Assembly (NCBI GenBank): GCA_965215045.1 | Contig: OZ244031.1 | Coordinates: 1,386,626 to 1,450,625, forward strand | Length of the DNA stretch: 64,000 nt | Source of the DNA: Gammaproteobacteria bacterium | Lineage (GTDB): Bacteria; Pseudomonadota; Gammaproteobacteria; JABABF01 | Direction: 5' to 3' | Shown: one piece after another, positions 50,851 to 62,251 of the stretch | Numbering within the stretch: the first letter of the stretch is position 1 | Layout of the letters: each line of letters starts with the position of its first letter | Program-made: the position numbers and the translations under genes | Notes under the pieces: generated by a model | The model's input: the letters and a program-made list of their open reading frames with translations, nothing else | The model's database searches: none | Told to the model about the DNA's origin: nothing

Positions 50851-50900
50851 AGGCGTCGAACTTCTAAGACCGCGCGGACGCCGGTCAGCAGAACCGCAAA

Positions 50901-51344
50901 TCAGGAAGCCGATTTGGGCGGCGGATCCTGGTTTGCGAAAGTGCGGATGCCCTCCCCGAACGGGTGCCCCCAGGGCGGATGGGAGTCGGTCCAGACATGC
51001 ATCTGCGGGTGAATCCAATCGTCTTCATCGAAGCACGGGGCCCAGACAAACACGTACTCCATGGAACCGTTGCTGCAACCGTACAGCGGTGAACCGCATT
51101 GCGGACAGAAGTTTCTCTGCACCTCGCCACCGCTGTCGCCCTGCACGGAATGGGAGGCGGTTTCCCCTTGCAACACCGTGAATTGTGCACCGGGAATCAC
51201 CACGCAGGTGCTGACCGCAGCTCCCGTGCTGTGCTGGCAATCCCGGCAGGAGCAGTGCGCCGCCCGCATGTTCTCATCCACTTCACAGCGAAAGCGAAAC
51301 TGCCCGCACAGGCAGCCGCCCTCGACTTGGCGCTTGGCATTCAT
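50901..51344 (-). CDS. GFA-family (glutathione-dependent formaldehyde-activating/CENP-V-like) protein
   Basis: Zn-binding Cys pattern GGCLCGQFRF...CSCRDCQ...CPQCGSPL. Confidence 0.7.
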   Translation of the reverse strand: MNAKRQVEGGCLCGQFRFRCEVDENMRAAHCSCRDCQHSTGAAVSTCVVIPGAQFTVLQGETASHSVQGDSGGEVQRNFCPQCGSPLYGCSNGSMEYVFVWAPCFDEDDWIHPQMHVWTDSHPPWGHPFGEGIRTFANQDPPPKSAS

Positions 51345-51523
51345 GACCGTCCCCCGGATGGTGATGCGGGATTGCCAGTATACAGCCGCCCCGGGCCTCC
51401 GCCATCTCTAATGGGGCGTTTTCGGCGTGCTCTTATAACCGTACATGCGGGTTGACTGATGGCGTTTATCAGTGCCAGACTGGAGATGAAAAGCGCGGTC
51501 TGAGCCTTTGCGGAGGAGACAAC

Positions 51524-51769
51524 ATGAGCCTCGAAATGTTTCGTGAATTTCTCGGTTGGAGTGCCTTGCTTAACATCGCCCTGGTGCTCTGGTGGTTTTC
51601 GTGGATTGTTTTTTTCCACGACTTCCTCTACCGCATACACAGCCGCTGGTTCAAGTTCTCCTCCGTTGAGAGCTTCGACACCATCCACTATGTGGGCATC
51701 GCTTTTTACGAAATCGTGGTCTGGGCATTTTTCATCATTCCCTGGATTGCCCTGCACATCGTCAGCTGA
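51524..51769 (+). CDS. Small (81 aa) two-TM membrane protein, paralogue 1
   Basis: ATG after GGAGGAG SD; MSLEMFREFLGWSALLNIALVLWWFSW...AFFIIPWIALHIVS. Confidence 0.45.
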   Translation: MSLEMFREFLGWSALLNIALVLWWFSWIVFFHDFLYRIHSRWFKFSSVESFDTIHYVGIAFYEIVVWAFFIIPWIALHIVS

Positions 51770-51824
51770 AGCCGGCGTCGGTTTGCAGACCGGGAATTGA
51801 TCGAGGGCTGAACGAGGAGAAACC

Positions 51825-52070
51825 ATGATGAGTCTTGAAATTTTGCGCGCCGTCCTGGGCTGGTCTGCACTGCTGCAGCTGGGCCTGTTGTTCTCGTGGT
51901 GGCTGCTTTTCCTGCGTGTGCACGATGCGGTCTACCAAACGTGCAGCCGCTGGTTCAAACTCACCCCGGAGGGCTTTGATACCGCCAACTACGCGGCCAT
52001 CGGCTTCTACAAGGTCCTGGTCTGGGCGTTTTTCATCATTCCCTGGCTCGTCCTGCACATCATCGCCTGA
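51825..52070 (+). CDS. Small (81 aa) two-TM membrane protein, paralogue 2
   Basis: ATG after GAGGAG SD; MMSLEILRAVLGWSALLQLGLLFSWW...AFFIIPWLVLHIIA, ~50% identical to paralogue 1. Confidence 0.45.
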   Translation: MMSLEILRAVLGWSALLQLGLLFSWWLLFLRVHDAVYQTCSRWFKLTPEGFDTANYAAIGFYKVLVWAFFIIPWLVLHIIA

Positions 52071-52106
52071 GCAGCGGCCGGCCTCCCGCCTTCCAGGCGG
52101 CGGTTC

Positions 52107-53087
52107 TCAGGGAGTGCGGCTTTCGTAAATCAATTTTTTTAAAGTATCGAGATCGTCACTGGCGATCATATCCAGATGAACCCCGAGTGTGTCTGAGACA
52201 CATCGTGCTTGCGCCTTTTCTTCTGCCTGCCATTTCCTGATAAAGGAGAGATCATATTTTTTGTGGTCCCTGTTTTGCAGATTATCGCGAATCATCTCCG
52301 CATTTCCCTGCAGCAGGATCAGACGATCGGGTTTCATAGTGCGAAACACTGCCACATCCACGGGCTCAATCTTTCCTTCTTGATTTAGAAGCGTGAAATG
52401 CCCGGTGATTAACAACCGTCGATGTCGTGTCTGAATACGTCGGATTTCCTCGAGTAATACGTCTTGATTGCCTTTAATATCCTGCACCCGTTTTTCCGCC
52501 TTCGTCATTTTTTTTCTGCGCGCAGAAATTAAATCACCGGCATTAAAGTGTTGGTATCCCATCAACTTGGGCATTTCCTCGGCGAGCGTGCTTTTGCCGA
52601 CACCATGAACACCTCCCATGAAAAGCAATGAGTTGCGAACGGTAGGGTCCACGGATTTACGTTCAGAGATCAGTTTCATGTCTGCATCATCCAGGTAACG
52701 AAAAGATTGCGGGGGAACCGGGCAAGCGGACAGGGCGGATAAAGCGAGGGGAGTTTCCATCTCGTAGATATCACCCAGGATAAAGACGATCGCCGTGCTG
52801 CATCCCGCATAATACTCGCGGAATATGCGTCGCGAAATACCGGCACCGATTGCGGTTTTGTCCCAAATTCTCGTCGGGGGCTCCGCCAGGAGCCGCAGAA
52901 CCTCGGCGATGGCGACGATTTTTTGCGTGGGTGCACTGCAATAGAATGCAAGCTGTGAAATTTCATGCCGGGGGAGAGCTTTACGGTATTCAAAAATTTT
53001 CTTCCCCGATAGAATATTATCGATATGCTCGCGGTAGATAGAAACCAGGGCTGCCTTTTTCATTGAGCCGCTCTTGAATGAAAGCAT
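52107..53087 (-). CDS. ASCH (PUA-like) domain fused to a P-loop kinase-like NTPase
   Basis: N-terminal ASCH-like beta-barrel region (ILSGKKIFEYRK...); C-terminal Walker A LFMGGVHGVGKSTLAEE plus Walker B-like LITGHF; low-GC, overlaps the upstream gene by ~28 nt. Confidence 0.5.
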   Translation of the reverse strand: MLSFKSGSMKKAALVSIYREHIDNILSGKKIFEYRKALPRHEISQLAFYCSAPTQKIVAIAEVLRLLAEPPTRIWDKTAIGAGISRRIFREYYAGCSTAIVFILGDIYEMETPLALSALSACPVPPQSFRYLDDADMKLISERKSVDPTVRNSLLFMGGVHGVGKSTLAEEMPKLMGYQHFNAGDLISARRKKMTKAEKRVQDIKGNQDVLLEEIRRIQTRHRRLLITGHFTLLNQEGKIEPVDVAVFRTMKPDRLILLQGNAEMIRDNLQNRDHKKYDLSFIRKWQAEEKAQARCVSDTLGVHLDMIASDDLDTLKKLIYESRTP

Positions 53088-54538
53088 TTTTTATACCCAT
53101 CATGGTCGATTTCCCGTATGCTTTGAATTTGGCCTCTTACCCCGGCCTGCTTGAGTTCTGCGAGGCCAACGGGATCAATTTCTCGCATGAAGCGAAAAAG
53201 AATCACCAGGGTTTCTTTTTTCAACCACTCTTTGACTCGCACTTTTGCATAGACGGTTCGTTTGGACACCAGGGGCAGTACATCATTGATTTTATTCCCG
53301 CGATAAACACGCTCCACCACCCCGATGCACCGTATATCCCGGCAGTCTCCTGACCGGTAAAACAACAATAAACTGCCCGGGTCAATTTTTTTAGTCTTGG
53401 AGTGACAGATATAAGCGTTTTTGATGGTATTGGTTTCAGGTGTGTACTGGCTGGGGTCATCTGCGAACCGGCCGCGATGAATTTCCGCATCGGGGAAGAG
53501 ATCTCGATGATACTTGGGCTGAACCGGGACAATAAATTTTTTAATAGAACGCTCATCGGAATATAACGGGTAGTATCTGGTTGCGTATTCCAGGGGGCTG
53601 AGTGCGGTATCCGGTGATGTTAGAGGGCGCATGGTTTTCACATACGCCTTGTCTCTTTCTTTGTATGTCCCGCAATCTTGGAAACCAAAGTTCTCACACA
53701 GTGATACCAATGCTTCCCGCTCCTCGCCAAATATGTGTAGGTAGACGTACGGAATCTTTTTTTCTGCGGCATAGTGGAAGGCGGTATAGAGTAATCTTTC
53801 GCCGGTTTTCCGTCCGCGTATGTTTTCTCCCACTTTGAATGTGCATAGTTTTAATGCCGTTCCGTCCAGCTTGTCCCCCGCATCATTAATGACGGGATTT
53901 TCCTCCTGCTGGTAAATGCAAATTGCCTGCACCGTGTCGTTGTCCGTAATACACCATGCTTGTCCTCCCTTGTGCGCCATTTTTTCAAACCATTGCTCGT
54001 ATCCTTCGGAACCCTGACGCAAGGAATCAAAGAACGGTTGTCGGACATCCAATTCATGCAAAAAGCGTCTTTCAACACTACCGGGAGGACTGAATTCTTC
54101 TTCGTTTAAAGTTTCCAGGTGACTGTAAAATTGCACAACACGGTGTACTCTCTCCTCGACTCCAGCCTTTTTGGCCTTTTTATAGATTTCCCGGTCTTCG
54201 GTGACGAAATAGTCGACGGCTCCCCGGCACAGGGCGTGAAGCAATAGATTATCTGTATGCTCCTTCTCGTTGCCCTGTCGCCACCCGTAGCGTTTCAATT
54301 CCTCTTCGGTCAGTTCGGGAAGGGGTTCGATTTGCGGGTACCGGGCCATCCTGGATAACAGTATTTCTTGTCTTTTTTCATTTTTATCCCGTTCAATTTC
54401 CCGCCCTTGGTCGGGCCGGGTATATAAGATATATCCCTGTTGTGCACACCACCTGAGCATTTCTGCGAGCTTGGGGTCCAGCTCCACATCCGGCTCTTCC
54501 ACCTGAATGATGATGTTGGTGTCGATGAGTACCCGCAT
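53060..54538 (-). CDS. Three-domain protein: N-terminal PIN nuclease, central GNAT acetyltransferase, C-terminal ASCH/EVE (PUA-like) domain
   Basis: PIN acidic residues MRVLIDTNIII...FVTEDRE; GNAT core ...HIFGEEREALVSLCENFGFQDCG with RGRKTGERLL (acetyl-CoA P-loop-like Q/RxxGxG/A); C-terminal barrel-like region. Low GC. Confidence 0.5.
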   Translation of the reverse strand: MRVLIDTNIIIQVEEPDVELDPKLAEMLRWCAQQGYILYTRPDQGREIERDKNEKRQEILLSRMARYPQIEPLPELTEEELKRYGWRQGNEKEHTDNLLLHALCRGAVDYFVTEDREIYKKAKKAGVEERVHRVVQFYSHLETLNEEEFSPPGSVERRFLHELDVRQPFFDSLRQGSEGYEQWFEKMAHKGGQAWCITDNDTVQAICIYQQEENPVINDAGDKLDGTALKLCTFKVGENIRGRKTGERLLYTAFHYAAEKKIPYVYLHIFGEEREALVSLCENFGFQDCGTYKERDKAYVKTMRPLTSPDTALSPLEYATRYYPLYSDERSIKKFIVPVQPKYHRDLFPDAEIHRGRFADDPSQYTPETNTIKNAYICHSKTKKIDPGSLLLFYRSGDCRDIRCIGVVERVYRGNKINDVLPLVSKRTVYAKVRVKEWLKKETLVILFRFMREIDPVGLAELKQAGVRGQIQSIREIDHDGYKKCFHSRAAQ

Positions 54539-54744
54539 GTTTTGTTACCCGCCAGGTCCTTGTAATTGAGCCATCTTTGCCAGCCTTGTTTTCCTGTGCA
54601 AAGCCTTTGCCTGCGCTGCCCGGGAAATCAGTCAGTCGCAGACGAGCGGGCTGGCAAAAGTCGATGCCCCCATTATAAACGGCTTATTCTGTGCGACCCG
54701 GTGCCCTGAGAACTGGGCGGATATACACGGCTTCCAAACGCTAT

Positions 54745-55479
54745 TCAGACGGGCTCAGGCAGTTGTGAGCCCCAGGTTTCAGGGCTGATCTCAGCCCAGT
54801 GCCAGGGGTCCTCGGGGCCGGGCAGGGCGCGGGCCCGCTGCAGGCGCTGCAGGAACTCCTGGCGGGGGATGGTCTCTGCTCCCAGGGTGGCCAGGTGCGG
54901 GCTGTGCAGCTGGCAGTCGATCAGCGCAAAGCCCCGGGCATGCAGTTGGGCGCAGAGGTGGGCCAGGGCGATCTTGGAGGCATCGGGCCGCAGTGCGAAC
55001 ATGGACTCGCCGGCAAAATAACGGCCCAGGGCGAGGCCGTAGAGGCCGCCGGCCAGCGTATCGCCCTCCCAGACTTCCACGCTGTGTGCGATACCCTTCC
55101 GGTGCAGGATGCAAAAGCTTTTTTGCAGGGCGTGGCTGATCCAGGTTCCCTCGCGCCGGGTCTCGGCGCAGGCATCGATGACCCGGTCGAAGGCGGTATC
55201 GACGCTGACCCGGTAATCATCGCGGCGCAAGCGTCGGCGCAGGGAGTGCGAGATGTGCATCTTGGCGGTGAACAGGACGCTGCGCGGGTCGGGGCACCAC
55301 CACAGGTTCAGATTGCGATCATCGCTCCACGGGAAAATGCCCCGCTCGTAGGCGGCGACCAGGGTTTGCGGTTCCAGGTCGGCTCCGATCGCCAGCAGGC
55401 CGTTGGGAACCTGCAGCGCATTTTCTGCCGGTGGGAAGTTGCGTTCGCCCGGGGCGAGCCGTACGACAATCCCGGACAT
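54745..55479 (-). CDS. aat: Leucyl/phenylalanyl-tRNA--protein transferase
   Basis: Start at the internal Met (MSGIVV...) giving 244 aa; conserved Aat motifs (GIFPWS, LWWCPDPR, GESMF). Confidence 0.8.
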   Translation of the reverse strand: MSGIVVRLAPGERNFPPAENALQVPNGLLAIGADLEPQTLVAAYERGIFPWSDDRNLNLWWCPDPRSVLFTAKMHISHSLRRRLRRDDYRVSVDTAFDRVIDACAETRREGTWISHALQKSFCILHRKGIAHSVEVWEGDTLAGGLYGLALGRYFAGESMFALRPDASKIALAHLCAQLHARGFALIDCQLHSPHLATLGAETIPRQEFLQRLQRARALPGPEDPWHWAEISPETWGSQLPEPV

Positions 55480-55507
55480 GCTGGACGCCCCGGCCGCTGC
55501 GGCTCTC

Positions 55508-56791
<1,284 letters not shown>

Positions 56792-57056
56792 GAGCGAAGA
56801 ACCGGTTGCCTGTGTTGTCTTGGTCTGGCGGGGTACTGCCCGCACTGCTGGAGAGCAATTAATCGGCGGACCAGTATAGCAGATTGCCGGATTTGCCCGA
56901 CTTTCCGGGGCGGCCCCGGGAGTGCCTTCTATCCGTCATATCACGGCGGGGGACGGGGGCGGACCCGTGCTCCGCCGTATGCAGACGGCGGGCGACAACC
57001 CACCCACTTTGCGCCGCCCGGGAGCGGCCGGCACCGGGCCTTGACAACAGCGCGGT

Positions 57057-57764
57057 TTAGCGGATTTCCCCGGTCACCCGGACGCGCTTGGCACCGGCTG
57101 CAGGAAGAGGCGCGCGCCTGGCTTCAAGGATTTTCTCGATGCGCAGGTTCAGCAGGCGGTGCAGGGCGATCAGCAGGCCGGTAAAAATAAAGGCTCCGGG
57201 CGGCAGTACCGCAACCAGCACCGGCTGGTAGTCTGCCATGAGCACCCAGTGCCAGTCGCGCGCGGCCTCGCCGAACAGCAGGTGCATGTTGCTGAACAAT
57301 GCACCGCTGCCCGTCAGTTCGCGCAGGGCACCCAGCAGCACCAGCACCGCCAGGAAGCCCAGGCCGGTGAACAGTCCATCGGTGGCGGAGGCCAGCACGT
57401 CATTGCGCCGCGCAAAGGCCTCGGCGCGCCCTAAGATCACGCAGTTGGTGACGATGATCGGAATAAAAATCCCCAGCACCTGGTAGAGCCGGTAGGTGTA
57501 CGCCTGCATGAGCAGTTCGATGCAGGTGGTGAAGGCGGCGATAATCATCACGAAGGCGGGCAGGCGGATGGTCTCCGGGACCTGCCGGCGCACCAGGGAG
57601 ACGCTGATGTTGGACATCGTCAGCACGGCGACGGTGGCCAGCCCCAGTCCCAGGGCGTTGACCACGGAATTGCTAACGCCCAGCAGCGGGCACAGTCCCA
57701 GCAGCTGCACCAGTGCCGGGTTGTTCTTCCACAGTGCGTTGAGGCTGATTTCGCGGTATTTCAT
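57057..57764 (-). CDS. rnfE: Ion-translocating oxidoreductase complex subunit E
   Basis: Polytopic RnfE/RsxE membrane protein (LGLCPLLGVSNSV...); last gene of the rnf operon. Confidence 0.85.
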   Translation of the reverse strand: MKYREISLNALWKNNPALVQLLGLCPLLGVSNSVVNALGLGLATVAVLTMSNISVSLVRRQVPETIRLPAFVMIIAAFTTCIELLMQAYTYRLYQVLGIFIPIIVTNCVILGRAEAFARRNDVLASATDGLFTGLGFLAVLVLLGALRELTGSGALFSNMHLLFGEAARDWHWVLMADYQPVLVAVLPPGAFIFTGLLIALHRLLNLRIEKILEARRAPLPAAGAKRVRVTGEIR

Positions 57765-58480
57765 GGTTGTGCCTGGCGGTGCTCTGCCGCCTCTTCGCTG
57801 AACAGGCTGCGGTGGTTCTGCCGGGTGTATTCCAGTGCGCGCCGCACGGCGGCCACCACCGCCCGGGGCGTGATCGTCGCCCCGGTGAACTGGTCAAACA
57901 CGCCGCCATCTCGCCGCACCCGCCATTGTTCCGGTGCCGGGTCCCGCAGCGACTTGCCGTTGAAGTCCAGCACCCACGGCGATTTTTGCAGTTCCAACTG
58001 GTCACCCAGCCCGGGCGTCTCGCGGTGTGCGATCACCCGCACCCCGCTGATACGGCCGTCCCGGGCGACGCCGATCAACATATCGATGGCACCAGTATAG
58101 CCATCCGGTGCCCGCAGCGGAAGAATGACCGCAGCGATACGTTCGTCCCGGCGGGCGATAAAGGCGGTGCGGGGCTCGGCGTAGCCCAGCACCCCGGCGT
58201 CGCCGGGCGGCGTGAAGGCCTCATCCAGCATGTCATTGTCGTGTTGTTCGCGCGGGATGATCGCGAGCAGTGCGGCATTGCGCAACAGGCGTTTTTGTTC
58301 CAGGATGCGCTCGCGGGTGTTCAACTGGATGCCGACCACCAGCGCGGTGCAGAATGCGGCCAGCAGTGCCAGCAGGACGCTGTTTTTGCCGATCGTGGAG
58401 ACCATACCCGGTGCTGCATCCCGGGTCTCTTCGGGGGTCTCTTCGGGAGAGTGCCCCGGTTCCTCGTTCTCAGTGTTCAT
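57761..58480 (-). CDS. rnfG: Ion-translocating oxidoreductase complex subunit G
   Basis: N-terminal TM followed by FMN-binding domain (TGATITPRAVV covalent-FMN Thr motif). Confidence 0.8.
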   Translation of the reverse strand: MNTENEEPGHSPEETPEETRDAAPGMVSTIGKNSVLLALLAAFCTALVVGIQLNTRERILEQKRLLRNAALLAIIPREQHDNDMLDEAFTPPGDAGVLGYAEPRTAFIARRDERIAAVILPLRAPDGYTGAIDMLIGVARDGRISGVRVIAHRETPGLGDQLELQKSPWVLDFNGKSLRDPAPEQWRVRRDGGVFDQFTGATITPRAVVAAVRRALEYTRQNHRSLFSEEAAEHRQAQP

Positions 58481-59507
58481 GTCCGTAAACCCTGGGGATG
58501 GTGTAGCGGTCGATCAGCGGCGCGCAAAAATTCATCAGCAGCACGCAGAAGGCGATGGCGTCCGGGTAGTTGCTCCAGCCGCGCATCACGAACAGCAGGA
58601 TGCCGGCGCCGATGCCGAACACCAGGCGTCCGGGCTTGCTGGTTGCCGAACTGACCGGGTCGGTGAGAATGAAAAAAGCACCCAGCATCGTCGCCCCGGA
58701 GAACAGGTGAAACAGCGGCGAGCCCAGGCTGTTGGAGGCACCGCCGGCGTAAAACAGCACGGAGAGCAGCAGCAGGGTACCCAGCATGCCCGCCGGTGCA
58801 TGCCAGCTGAAAATGCCGCGGTAGAGCAGGTACAGGCCGCCCAGCAGGAAGGCGGCGTTGATCCATTCCCAGCCCAGGCCGCCCCAGGTGCCGAATTGCG
58901 GGTAGGCCGCCCACAGTTCGACGTTGGTCATCCCGTCATCGTTGGCGAACAGGTCCAGGGGGGTCGCCATGGTGAAGCCGTCCAGGGCCGCTGCGTTGCC
59001 CAACTTGAATTGCAGTGCCGGCAATGGCCCGGGCGGGACGTATTCCGGCGTCACCCCGCGCGGTGCTCCCCACGTGGTCATCTCCACCGGGAAGGAAATC
59101 AGCAACACGACGTAGCCGACCATCGCCGGGTTGAAGGGGTTGTAGCCCAGGCCGCCGTAGACATGCTTGCCCAGCAGTACCGCGCACAGCGTGCCGCTGA
59201 CCGGGATCCACCACGGGCAGTCGGGTGGCAGTGCCACGCCCAGCAACACGGCGGTGACCAGGATGCTGCAGTCGCGCAGGTAAAAACCCAGTGGGCGCCC
59301 GCGCAGGCGGAGAGCGGCGATTTCGCCCAGCACGGCACTGAGGGTGCACAGCAGCAGGTTGTACAGGATGCCGGGGCCGAAGAACCAGGCCAGCACCAGG
59401 GTGCCCGGGACGGCGGCGAATAATACCTGGCGCATCACGCCCGCCGTATCCGCCTTGTCGTGCGTGTACGGGGAGGTCGACAGGGGCTGTGCGAACGGGT
59501 TATTCAT
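58470..59507 (-). CDS. rnfD: Ion-translocating oxidoreductase complex subunit D
   Basis: Start at MNNPFAQPL overlapping rnfC stop; NqrB/RnfD family polytopic protein with FMN-attachment region (SGATMLGAFFILTDPVSSATS). Confidence 0.8.
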   Translation of the reverse strand: MNNPFAQPLSTSPYTHDKADTAGVMRQVLFAAVPGTLVLAWFFGPGILYNLLLCTLSAVLGEIAALRLRGRPLGFYLRDCSILVTAVLLGVALPPDCPWWIPVSGTLCAVLLGKHVYGGLGYNPFNPAMVGYVVLLISFPVEMTTWGAPRGVTPEYVPPGPLPALQFKLGNAAALDGFTMATPLDLFANDDGMTNVELWAAYPQFGTWGGLGWEWINAAFLLGGLYLLYRGIFSWHAPAGMLGTLLLLSVLFYAGGASNSLGSPLFHLFSGATMLGAFFILTDPVSSATSKPGRLVFGIGAGILLFVMRGWSNYPDAIAFCVLLMNFCAPLIDRYTIPRVYGHEH

Positions 59508-61044
59508 CCGTTTCGGGTTCATCTTCCCGGGTGCGCACCCGTTCCAGGGCCTCCTGGATGGCATCTGCCTCTGCCTTGGATTGTGCCTGTGCCCGCCTGG
59601 CCCGGCGTGCGGCCTCCTGTTCGCGCCGCTCCCGCGCAAGGCGCTGTTCGCGGAATTCAAAACGCTGCTTGGCGATCTCGGCCTGTGCCCGCTCGGTGTT
59701 CTGCCGGTTGATCTCCCCCTTGGCGGAACGGTAGTACTGCACCAGCGGAATATGGCTGGGGCAGACCCAGGCGCAGGCCCCGCATTCGATGCAGTCGAAC
59801 AGGTGATGTTCTTCCAGCTGTTCGTGGTCACCCGCCTGGGCGTACCAGTACAGCTGCTGGGGCAGCAGTTTTGCCGGGCAGACCTCGTCACACATCCCGC
59901 AGCGGATGCAGGGCTGGGCGGGTGGCGGCGGCGGGACTTCCCGCACGGTGGCGGCGAGCAGGCAGTTGGTGCTTTTCACCACGGGTGTCTCCAGGGAGGG
60001 CAGGGCGAAGCCCATCATTGGCCCGCCCATGATCAGCTGTGAGAGCTGTTCTTCCTGCAAACCGCTCTGCTGCAGCAGGTGCGAGGCCGGTGTGCCGAGC
60101 AGTGCCTCGTAATTCTGCGGGCGGCGCACGGCACCGCCGGTGACGGTGGTGACGCGGTGGATCAGCGGCTCGCCCTTCTCCAGTGCGCGGTGGATGCTCG
60201 CCGCGGTGGCGACGTTCTGGCACACCACGCCGACATCGGCGGGCAACTGGCCGCTGGGCACCTCGCGTCCCAGCAGCATCTGCACCAACTGGCGCTCGCC
60301 GCCGGAGGGGTAGTGCGTCGGCGTGGGCATGACTTTGAAACCGCTGCCCTGTGCCGCCGCCTGCAGTGCGGCGATCGCCTCCGGTTTATTGTCTTCGACT
60401 GCCAGCAGCACTTCCCTGGGTTCCAGCAGGTGGGCGATGATCTGCGTGCCGGCGATGATTTCGTCTGCGCGCTCGCGCATGAGCACGTCATCGGCGGTGA
60501 TGTACGGCTCGCACTCCACGCCGTTGAGGATCAGGGTGTGAATCGTTCTCTGTGCGCCCGGGTCCAGCTTGACCGCGGTCGGAAAACTGGCACCGCCCAG
60601 GCCGGTGATGCCGGCGTCCCGGATATGCTCCAGCACCTCCGCGGGCGGCAGTTCCTGCCAGCGCCCGGGAATCTCGCGCTCCACCCATTGTTCGGCACCG
60701 TCGGGTGCGATGATCATGCACGGTGCCAACAACCCCGAGGGGTGCGGCACCGGACGCTCTTCGATCGTCAGCACTTTGCCGGAACTCGGTGCGTGCACGG
60801 AGGCGCTGATGTGGACGGAACTGCGGGCAATGGGCTGTCCCTTGAGCACCTTGTCACCGGGACGCAGCAGGGGCTCGGCGGGTTGCCCCGCATGCTGGGT
60901 GAGCGGCAGCACCAGGTGCTGGGGCAGGCCCGCCGGCACGATGCCGGCGGACTGGGAGTGCCGCTTGTGTCCCGTCAATACCAGGCCCGGCGGGAGACTG
61001 CCGGGAACGCGCGTCTTGTGGGATACGGAGCGGTTGCCGTACAT
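59500..61044 (-). CDS. rnfC: Ion-translocating oxidoreductase complex subunit C
   Basis: NADH-binding GITGLGGASFPT and two 4Fe-4S clusters (CIRCGMCDEVCP, CIECGACAWVCP); charged C-terminal tail. Confidence 0.85.
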   Translation of the reverse strand: MYGNRSVSHKTRVPGSLPPGLVLTGHKRHSQSAGIVPAGLPQHLVLPLTQHAGQPAEPLLRPGDKVLKGQPIARSSVHISASVHAPSSGKVLTIEERPVPHPSGLLAPCMIIAPDGAEQWVEREIPGRWQELPPAEVLEHIRDAGITGLGGASFPTAVKLDPGAQRTIHTLILNGVECEPYITADDVLMRERADEIIAGTQIIAHLLEPREVLLAVEDNKPEAIAALQAAAQGSGFKVMPTPTHYPSGGERQLVQMLLGREVPSGQLPADVGVVCQNVATAASIHRALEKGEPLIHRVTTVTGGAVRRPQNYEALLGTPASHLLQQSGLQEEQLSQLIMGGPMMGFALPSLETPVVKSTNCLLAATVREVPPPPPAQPCIRCGMCDEVCPAKLLPQQLYWYAQAGDHEQLEEHHLFDCIECGACAWVCPSHIPLVQYYRSAKGEINRQNTERAQAEIAKQRFEFREQRLARERREQEAARRARRAQAQSKAEADAIQEALERVRTREDEPETDE

Positions 61045-61658
61045 CAGCGGCTCCCGTGTGCAGGCGGGGCGTCGGTGGCGATCAGGGCACCGGGTGCCGG
61101 CGCCGCGGGTTTTTCCCAGGTCCAGCTGCGGATATCAATTTCGATGGGATGCATTTCGATGCAGTCCACCGGGCAGGGTTCCACGCACAGGTCGCAGCCG
61201 GTGCACTCTTCGACAATCACCGTGTGCATGAGCTTGGCCGCCCCGATGATGGCGTCCACCGGGCAGGCCTGGATGCACTTGGTGCAGCCGATGCAGTCCT
61301 CCTCGCGAATCCACGCCACCTCCTTGGGTTTTTCCTCCCCGTGCTCGGCATCCAGCGGCAGGGGTTCCACATCGAGCAGGTCGGCCAGTGCCACGATACC
61401 CGCTTCCCCGCCCGGCGGGCAGCGATTGATCTGCGCAGCTCCCTGGGCGATGGCCTCGGCGTACGGACGGCAACCGGGGTAGCCGCACTGTCCGCACTGG
61501 GTCTGCGGCAGGATGGCATTGATCTTGTCGACCAGGGGGCTGCCCTTGGGACGGAAGCGCACGGCGGCAAAGCCCAGCAGGGCACCGAAGCCTGCGCCCA
61601 GCAACACCAGCGTGCAGACTGCGGCGAGCAGGGGATGGTTTGCGAGAAACCCGTACAT
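61044..61658 (-). CDS. rnfB: Ion-translocating oxidoreductase complex subunit B
   Basis: Start at MYGFLANHP; N-terminal [11 protein letters not shown] and two ferredoxin clusters [12 protein letters not shown] / [12 protein letters not shown]. Confidence 0.8.
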   Translation of the reverse strand: MYGFLANHPLLAAVCTLVLLGAGFGALLGFAAVRFRPKGSPLVDKINAILPQTQCGQCGYPGCRPYAEAIAQGAAQINRCPPGGEAGIVALADLLDVEPLPLDAEHGEEKPKEVAWIREEDCIGCTKCIQACPVDAIIGAAKLMHTVIVEECTGCDLCVEPCPVDCIEMHPIEIDIRSWTWEKPAAPAPGALIATDAPPAHGSR

Positions 61659-61672
61659 CGTCGGCGGCCCTT

Positions 61673-62251
61673 TCAGCCCAGCCCGACAAAACCCATGAAG
61701 GCCAGCGAGGCGAGACCGGCGGTGACCATGGCGGCGGCGGGCCCCTGGAAGGGTGTCGGCACATCTGCCGCCGCCAGCCGCTCGCGCATCGCCGTGAAGC
61801 AGATCAGCACCAGGGAGAAGCCGGCCGCGGCACCGAAGCCGTAGAGTGCCGATTCCACGAAATTGTGACTCTTGTTGACGTTGAGCAGGGCGACGCCCAG
61901 CACCGCGCAATTGGTGGTGATCAGGGGCAGGAAGATGCCCAGGATGCGGTGCAGCAGCGGGCTGGTCTTGCGCACCAGCATCTCGGTGAACTGCACCACG
62001 GCGGCGATGACCAGGATAAAACTGATCAGTCGCAGGTATTCCAGTCCCATGGGTTGCAGCAGCCAGCGGAAGATCAGGTAGCTGCAGATCGAGGCCAGGG
62101 TCAGCACGAAGGTAGTGGCCGCCGCCATGCCCATGGCACTTTCCAGCTTGGTCGATACCCCCATGAACGGGCACAGTCCCAGGAACTGCACCAGGACAAA
62201 ATTATTGACCAGCACGGCACTGAGCAACAGGAGAGAATATTCGGCGATCAT
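61673..62251 (-). CDS. rnfA: Ion-translocating oxidoreductase complex subunit A
   Basis: RnfA/NqrE-family 6-TM protein ([18 protein letters not shown]...). Confidence 0.85.
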   Translation of the reverse strand: MIAEYSLLLLSAVLVNNFVLVQFLGLCPFMGVSTKLESAMGMAAATTFVLTLASICSYLIFRWLLQPMGLEYLRLISFILVIAAVVQFTEMLVRKTSPLLHRILGIFLPLITTNCAVLGVALLNVNKSHNFVESALYGFGAAAGFSLVLICFTAMRERLAAADVPTPFQGPAAAMVTAGLASLAFMGFVGLG

